DNA of 40,688 nt, taken from assembly GCA_016840035.1 (NCBI GenBank), contig JAEOTC010000159.1, positions 1 to 40,688 of the forward strand, read 5' to 3'. Source of the DNA: Candidatus Hodarchaeota archaeon (lineage in GTDB: Archaea > Asgardarchaeota > Heimdallarchaeia > Hodarchaeales > Hodarchaeaceae). A program made the position numbers and the translations under genes. Of this stretch, positions 35,187 to 40,688 are shown piece after piece. A model generated the notes under the pieces. It made no database searches. It saw only the letters and a program-made list of their open reading frames with translations, and was not told where the DNA came from. Position 1 is the stretch's first letter, and the number at the start of each line of letters is the position of its first letter.

Positions 35187-36163
35187 TGTCGGAGCTGACA
35201 ATGGTTGAATCCGTTTGTTTTGCATTAGATGAAGAATTAGGACGCAATAGTAAATTAGTAATTTTAGGGGAAGATGTAGGCCCAAATGGAGGAGTTTTTA
35301 GAGCTACTCAAGGATTACTGGAAAAGCACGGACCAAAACGGGTACTAGATACTCCATTATCGGAAAATGGGATTATCGGTTTTGCTATTGGAATGTCACT
35401 GATGGGGTTGACTCCTGTTGCAGAGATCCAGTTTGTAGATTTCATATATCCTGCCTTCGACCAATTGATTTCAGAAGCCGCCAAATTTCGTTATCGAAGT
35501 GGTGGAATGTTTACCACTCCAATGGTGATTCGATCTCCTTATGGGGGTGGAGTTCGTGGAGCCCATTATCATAGTCAGTCTCCTGAAGCCTATTTCACCC
35601 ATACACCGGGATTAAAGGTAGTTATTCCAAGTACTCCCTACGAAACCAAAGGTTTACTAACTTCAGCCATGCGTGAAGACGATCCAGTTATATTTTTAGA
35701 GCCCAAAAGATTATATCGTGCATTTAAAGAAGAAGTTCCAAAGGGAGATTATACTATTCCATTGGGAGAAGCAAGAAAGGTACGAGTAGGAGGAGATGTT
35801 ACTTTACTAGCATATGGTGCAATGGTTCATGTGGCACTCGAAGCTGCAAATATCGCTTCTACTAATCATCAGATTGAATGTGAAGTGATCGATTTACGAA
35901 CTTTAGTTCCTTTGGATATTAAAACGATTGAGAAATCCGTGAAGAAAACAGGACGAATGATTTCTATTACTGAAGCTCCTAAAACTAGTGGTTTTAGTGC
36001 AGAACTTTCAGCATTAGTCGCTGAAAGATGGATAGAGTATATGGAAGGACCAATAATGCGAGTTACAGGGTATGACACTCCATTTCCACTTTCTCTTGAA
36101 CAAGAATATCTTCCAACAGCCCAAAGGACTTTGGAGACCATAATGAAAGTCTATAATTTTTGA
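35186..36163 (+). CDS. 2-oxoacid dehydrogenase E1 beta (BCKDH-like)
   Basis: GEDVG, DTPLSE, EIQF, GAHYHSQSPEA. Confidence 0.94.
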   Translation: MSELTMVESVCFALDEELGRNSKLVILGEDVGPNGGVFRATQGLLEKHGPKRVLDTPLSENGIIGFAIGMSLMGLTPVAEIQFVDFIYPAFDQLISEAAKFRYRSGGMFTTPMVIRSPYGGGVRGAHYHSQSPEAYFTHTPGLKVVIPSTPYETKGLLTSAMREDDPVIFLEPKRLYRAFKEEVPKGDYTIPLGEARKVRVGGDVTLLAYGAMVHVALEAANIASTNHQIECEVIDLRTLVPLDIKTIEKSVKKTGRMISITEAPKTSGFSAELSALVAERWIEYMEGPIMRVTGYDTPFPLSLEQEYLPTAQRTLETIMKVYNF

Positions 36164-36183
36164 AAAAATCGGAGTGAGAAGTA

Positions 36184-37449
36184 ATGACTTATGAATTCAA
36201 GTTTGCTGACCCAGGGGAAGGTGTACATGAAGGAGAAGTACTCCAATGGCATGTAACTGTAGGTGAAATTGTAAAGAATGAACAACTTCTAGTCGAGATA
36301 ATGACAGAAAAGGTAACTGTTGAGTTGACATCACCTATTAGTGGTAAAATTCTTTCTCTTGAATTTCAAGAGGGAGATATAATCAAAGTGGGGGATATAC
36401 TAGTGAGAATCGAACCAAAAAGTACTGGTGGGAAGAATCTAGAATTAATTAAAGAAGACCTCAAAAAAGTGGAGGAAGACGATTCGCTCTTTACCGCGGC
36501 AACTCCTTTCAAAAAAATTGAAACTAGTGATTTAAACCAATCTGAGGTAAAAAAAGAACCCATTGCTGCTCCTTCCATAAGAAGACAAGCAAGAGAACTT
36601 GGGATTAGTTTATCTGATATACCTGGAACAGGCCCAGCCGGAAGGATTACTCGTGAGGATTTTCAATCATTTTCCGTGCAAAAATCAACTAGTAGAGTAG
36701 TGTCCAGCGGAAGAAATGATATCATCCAAAGAGAAGATCAATCAATTCCATTAAGAGGATTACGTCGAAATATATCGAAAGCAATGCGTAAATCCAAGGA
36801 TACGGCTGCACATTATACTTACTTCGAAGAAGTCGATATGACAGCTTTAGAAGCTCTTCGTCAGGATGCTAAACCCTTAGGTGAAAAAAATGGGATTAAA
36901 ATAACCTATATCCCGTTAATCATTAAATGTTTAATACCTACTCTCCGTAAATTTCCCTATCTCAATTCCTCCCTCGATGATGAGAAAGGTGAGATAGTTT
37001 TGAAAGGAGCAATTAATATTGGAATTGCAGTAAATACTGACAATGGTCTGGTAGTCCCTGTCATCAAAAATGCCGACCAAAAAGGGATTTGGGATTTAGC
37101 TCAAGAAGTACAATCACTTGCTGAAAAAGCAAGAAACGGATTGCTTTCTTTAGATGATGTGACTGGAGGATCATTTACAATTACATCTGTAGGGAATATA
37201 GGAGGATTTGCTGCTACACCTATTATTCGTTGGCCTGAGATCGCAATTCTCGGCCTCATGCGTAATAAATTACGACCTGTTGTAATTGAACAAAACGGGA
37301 AACCTGAAATTGCCATTCGTAAAATTATGATGCTTTCTTTGACTATTGATCATAGAGTAGTGGATGGAGCAGTTGGGGCAATGTTTACAAATGAATTAAC
37401 AAAGTATATGGAGAATCCCGCGTTGTTATTACTTAATGAGGGATTATAA
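36184..37449 (+). CDS. Dihydrolipoamide acyltransferase E2 (one lipoyl domain)
   Basis: Lipoyl motif MTEKV, E3-binding AAPSIRR...GTGPAGRI, catalytic DHRVVDG. Confidence 0.95.
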   Translation: MTYEFKFADPGEGVHEGEVLQWHVTVGEIVKNEQLLVEIMTEKVTVELTSPISGKILSLEFQEGDIIKVGDILVRIEPKSTGGKNLELIKEDLKKVEEDDSLFTAATPFKKIETSDLNQSEVKKEPIAAPSIRRQARELGISLSDIPGTGPAGRITREDFQSFSVQKSTSRVVSSGRNDIIQREDQSIPLRGLRRNISKAMRKSKDTAAHYTYFEEVDMTALEALRQDAKPLGEKNGIKITYIPLIIKCLIPTLRKFPYLNSSLDDEKGEIVLKGAINIGIAVNTDNGLVVPVIKNADQKGIWDLAQEVQSLAEKARNGLLSLDDVTGGSFTITSVGNIGGFAATPIIRWPEIAILGLMRNKLRPVVIEQNGKPEIAIRKIMMLSLTIDHRVVDGAVGAMFTNELTKYMENPALLLLNEGL

Positions 37450-38871
37450 ATGGAAATACTAGAAACTGATGTACTTGTAATTGGTGCCGGCCCAGGAGGT
37501 TATCCAGCTGCTATAAGAGCATCTCAACTTGGAAATAAGGTCTTCTTAGTTGAGAAAGGGTTTATAGGTGGTGAATGTTTAAATTGGGGATGCATCCCAA
37601 GTAAGGCATTAATTTCTGCAGCAAAATTCTACCATAAACTGAAGCATGACGCACCAAAAATGGGTATCACCGTGAAAGATGTTGAAATAGACTTTTCCAT
37701 AATGCAAGAGTGGAAAAGAGGAGTTCAATCTAAATTAATAAACGGAATCAAACAGTTACTGAAAGGAAATGGCGTTACTACTGTATTAGGCACTGCAAAG
37801 TTTGAAAAACCAGGCTGGGCCCTCATTACAAAAGAGGACGGTACTCAAATACATGTAAAATATACCAATGTGATTCTTGCAACGGGAACAGAGTTCATAT
37901 CTCTACCCGAGTTTAAGATAGATGAACAAGATATTCTCAGTGCAAAGGGATTGTTATCAATCAAGGAGATTCCTAAAGAATTAGTAATAATTGGAGGAGG
38001 AGTAATAGGACTTGAACTGGGTACACTCTTTGCTAAACTTGGATCAGTAGTAAGTATCATAGAATTACTCTCTGAAATTCTACCTGGAGTGGATCCTCCG
38101 ATTAAAAAGCTTTTGAGTATGAAAGCCAAACAACTTGGGATAACAATCTATACATCAACTAACGCCGAGGGATATTCTAGGGAAAAAAATGGAAAGTTGT
38201 CTATTAAAATAAAAACAAAAACTATCAACAAAGTTATAGTTACAGATAAAATTCTATTAGCAGTAGGAAAGAAACCTCAAGTGAATGAACTTAATCTATC
38301 AGCACTTAATGTAAAAATAGATGATAAAGGTTACATAATTGTAAATAAGAAGCAGCGCACATCTGCTTCAGGTGTGTATGCTGTTGGGGATTGTACTGGT
38401 CCACCATTTTTAGCTCACCGTGCAACAAAACAAGGCATTATTGCAGCAGAAGTAATTAACAGATTGCCTTCTGAAAGTGATTTTAAATCTATGCCAGTCA
38501 CGATTTTTACGGAACCTGAAGTGTCATATGCAGGTTTATCGGAAAAACAAGCTAAACAAGCTGGATTTGATGTGGTTTCCGGAAGAGCACCGTTTGCTAC
38601 TTCTGCAAAAGCGATGTCTAGTCTTAGCGAGGATGGATATGTTAAAGTGATTGCAGATAAGGTTACCAAACAACTCCTGGGAGTACAGATAGTTGGTCCT
38701 AATGCATCTGATTTAATTTCTGAAATATCCCTAGCCTTAGAAATGGGTGCGACGGTAGAAGATTTAGGTTTTACTATTCATCCTCATCCCACGCTTCCAG
38801 AAATGATTATGGAAGCTGCAGATGCTGCGCTCAATAAAGCTATACATCAAGTCACTCTTGTGAAGAAATGA
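37450..38871 (+). CDS. lpdA: Dihydrolipoyl dehydrogenase E3
   Basis: GAGPGG, GGECLNWGCIPSK, GGGVIG, HPHPTLPE. Confidence 0.96.
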   Translation: MEILETDVLVIGAGPGGYPAAIRASQLGNKVFLVEKGFIGGECLNWGCIPSKALISAAKFYHKLKHDAPKMGITVKDVEIDFSIMQEWKRGVQSKLINGIKQLLKGNGVTTVLGTAKFEKPGWALITKEDGTQIHVKYTNVILATGTEFISLPEFKIDEQDILSAKGLLSIKEIPKELVIIGGGVIGLELGTLFAKLGSVVSIIELLSEILPGVDPPIKKLLSMKAKQLGITIYTSTNAEGYSREKNGKLSIKIKTKTINKVIVTDKILLAVGKKPQVNELNLSALNVKIDDKGYIIVNKKQRTSASGVYAVGDCTGPPFLAHRATKQGIIAAEVINRLPSESDFKSMPVTIFTEPEVSYAGLSEKQAKQAGFDVVSGRAPFATSAKAMSSLSEDGYVKVIADKVTKQLLGVQIVGPNASDLISEISLALEMGATVEDLGFTIHPHPTLPEMIMEAADAALNKAIHQVTLVKK

Positions 38872-38885
38872 AACTCAGAAACTGC

Positions 38886-39671
38886 CTAAGGGGAGGAAAA
38901 TTCTTTTTCTATTAATTTTCTTTTTTTTTCCTGAATCCATGAATTCTTGGAATACATTTCACGAGTCAAGTAGGTTCCTAAGCGTTTCTCTGAGAGTGTT
39001 GGCTTTTCAGTTTTAAAATCAAGGTTAAATTTCTCTTCAATTTGGTTGACAAAAGTATCTATCAAACTTTTTCTTGACAGAGGGGGTAAATTCGTTGTGG
39101 GAAATGAAAGACTAGGCCTTCGACTCTGGTAGGTAAGTTTCCCAGCAAGCAGAGCATTCTCTATATGAGTCAAATCTGCATTAAGAAGTAAAGTTAAGTG
39201 ATGTAAGAACCAAGAACTCCTAAAATATCCTGCAGAACCTGATATTTTCTTCTTCTTATATAAGATCGAGGTATCTTTGTAAATTGTAAAAGAATCTCCT
39301 TTTAATTCTCTGCTTAAACAATCCACCATTAATTTTGTAAATAATCTAGAGATAGAGTTAACATCCTGAAATTTTGGAACTAGTAATGACTTTGGAAGAA
39401 AAATTGATATGTTTAGCACGCCTAAATCATGAAAAACGGTTCCTCCACCTGATATTCGACGTCCTATAATTATCTTGTTATCAGAACAATAGGTAACATT
39501 AACTTCCTCTTCAATGTGCTGATTTCGACCAAGAATCACTGCATTCGGGTTATTCCAAGAGCGAATCGTTCCAGAAAATTCACTCTGTGCGTGGAGATAA
39601 AGAATAGCATGTTCTAAAGCAAGGTTAAAATGGACGTCTTTGAAATCTGTGTCTAACCATCTTCCTTTCAT
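38886..39671 (-). CDS. lplA: Lipoate-protein ligase A family (catalytic domain)
   Basis: FNLALEH, LGRNQ, RRISGGGTVFHD, KISGSA. Confidence 0.88.
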   Translation of the reverse strand: MKGRWLDTDFKDVHFNLALEHAILYLHAQSEFSGTIRSWNNPNAVILGRNQHIEEEVNVTYCSDNKIIIGRRISGGGTVFHDLGVLNISIFLPKSLLVPKFQDVNSISRLFTKLMVDCLSRELKGDSFTIYKDTSILYKKKKISGSAGYFRSSWFLHHLTLLLNADLTHIENALLAGKLTYQSRRPSLSFPTTNLPPLSRKSLIDTFVNQIEEKFNLDFKTEKPTLSEKRLGTYLTREMYSKNSWIQEKKRKLIEKEFSSP

Positions 39672-39768
39672 GAGTGAGTACCCATAGTCATAGGTAACTT
39701 AACTGATTTTTCCCCATTCCAAATATGTAAAAAAGGGTTTAGGCACAGATTGCACAAGAGGTAGAAAT

Positions 39769-40455
39769 TTGTATCTCAAAAAAGAACAGGCACTATCTGT
39801 AGTAATTGTAGGGACAATTCAATTCCTAATCCTAAGCACAATCGCCATGCTATTCTATACGGGGGGAACAAGAATTGATGAAACAGCTCAGGGATATGGT
39901 TTTTTTACCAATTTCTTTAGTGATCTGGGTAGAACTACTGCTTATTCTGGAGAAGGCAATTTAATTTCAACTATATTATTTGTTACAACTCTTGTCGGAT
40001 TAGGACTCACCTTCCTAATTTTTTTCCAGTTAATTCCAGAAATTTTTGATCGCACTGACGAAGAACAAAAACTAAGCAATTATGTCTCGATTCTGGGCAC
40101 GATATCTGCTTTTGCGTTTATAGGAGTGGCTCTCACTCCTGCAAATATTATACCAATTATCCACGATGCTTTGGTAATACTAGGATTCTCACTTACGACA
40201 CTTGTGTTAGGAATATTGCTTATCCTTACGTTGAAAGATCCTGTATTTCCAAAATTCTATATAGTAATATATTCTACTCTCATCATCATTATACTAGCCT
40301 ATGGCGGATTATTTTTCTTAATTCCAAAAATAGTAACTCTTGAAGACCTGATCTGGAGAGTAACAATGCAGAAAATTGTGGTATATAATCTTCTTTATTG
40401 TTTTTTAAACCAAAGTTACGGTATTTGGCGTCATAGAATAAAGAATGAAAATTGA
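39769..40455 (+). CDS. Integral membrane protein, DUF998-like
   Basis: About 6 TM segments; YGFFTNFFSDLG and IHD motifs. Confidence 0.75.
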   Translation: MYLKKEQALSVVIVGTIQFLILSTIAMLFYTGGTRIDETAQGYGFFTNFFSDLGRTTAYSGEGNLISTILFVTTLVGLGLTFLIFFQLIPEIFDRTDEEQKLSNYVSILGTISAFAFIGVALTPANIIPIIHDALVILGFSLTTLVLGILLILTLKDPVFPKFYIVIYSTLIIIILAYGGLFFLIPKIVTLEDLIWRVTMQKIVVYNLLYCFLNQSYGIWRHRIKNEN

Positions 40456-40669
40456 ATAGTAGTTGACAATATACTTTTTCCACTTTATAATGGGAACTGA
40501 CATTATTAGAGAAATTCGGCACATTAAATGAACTTAGCAAGGGAGATCTTTAACTTTCATCGTTTTTTTTTGGAAATTTCACAAAGAAATTGCCTACATC
40601 AAAAGAATTTTAATTAAGCAATCATTGACAATACTAGACATCCGAGACTCAATGGAAAGGTAATTAATT

Positions 40670-40688
40670 ATGCAACTAGAAATAGCGA
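40670..40688 (+). CDS. Possible start of a CDS truncated by the window edge (MQLEIA...)
   Basis: ATG preceded by GGAAAGG and an AT-rich promoter-like region; only 6 codons visible. Confidence 0.3.

Noticed and set aside
1935-40540. Remaining short ORFs in the track (e.g. 1935-2150, 5588-5911, 32434-32838, 37845-38129, 40289-40540)
   Set aside because: All overlap well-supported genes in another frame or strand and lack recognisable motifs
1-40688. CRISPR array, IS/transposase, integrase or provirus at the tRNA, selenocysteine readthrough
   Set aside because: No regularly spaced repeats, no recombinase ORF, no tRNA 3'-end duplication seen and no in-frame TGA-split genes noticed by eye

Overview
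AT-rich archaeal chromosomal window, most likely from an Asgard archaeon (probably Heimdallarchaeia; inferred from gene content only). It has about 34 protein genes and one intron-containing tRNA-Cys(GCA). I saw no transposase, integrase or CRISPR array. Housekeeping and metabolic genes: class II HMG-CoA reductase, CoA Nudix hydrolase, adenylate kinase, RpiA, long-chain acyl-CoA ligase, a complete 2-oxoacid dehydrogenase operon (E1a/E1b/E2/E3) with a lipoate ligase, and GT2/GT4 glycosyltransferases. These are mixed with eukaryote-like proteins: a gelsolin-domain protein with a polyproline linker, a Rab-like GTPase, an alpha-SNAP-like/Ig-repeat protein, an eIF2B regulatory-subunit-like protein and several TPR proteins. 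The most striking observations are (1) an unannotated ORF coupled to the Rab gene whose motifs line up, in order, with the kinetochore protein CENP-N/Chl4; (2) a structured ~260-nt intergenic RNA candidate with kissing hairpins and a long-range rod that matches no family I recognise; (3) a membrane-anchored subtilase with site-1 protease (MBTPS1)-like architecture; and (4) a tRNA-Cys with a non-canonical 15/16 D-loop intron next to a PIN-TPR nuclease. All homology calls are by-eye motif recognition, and reference motifs are quoted from memory, so they need profile or structure searches.
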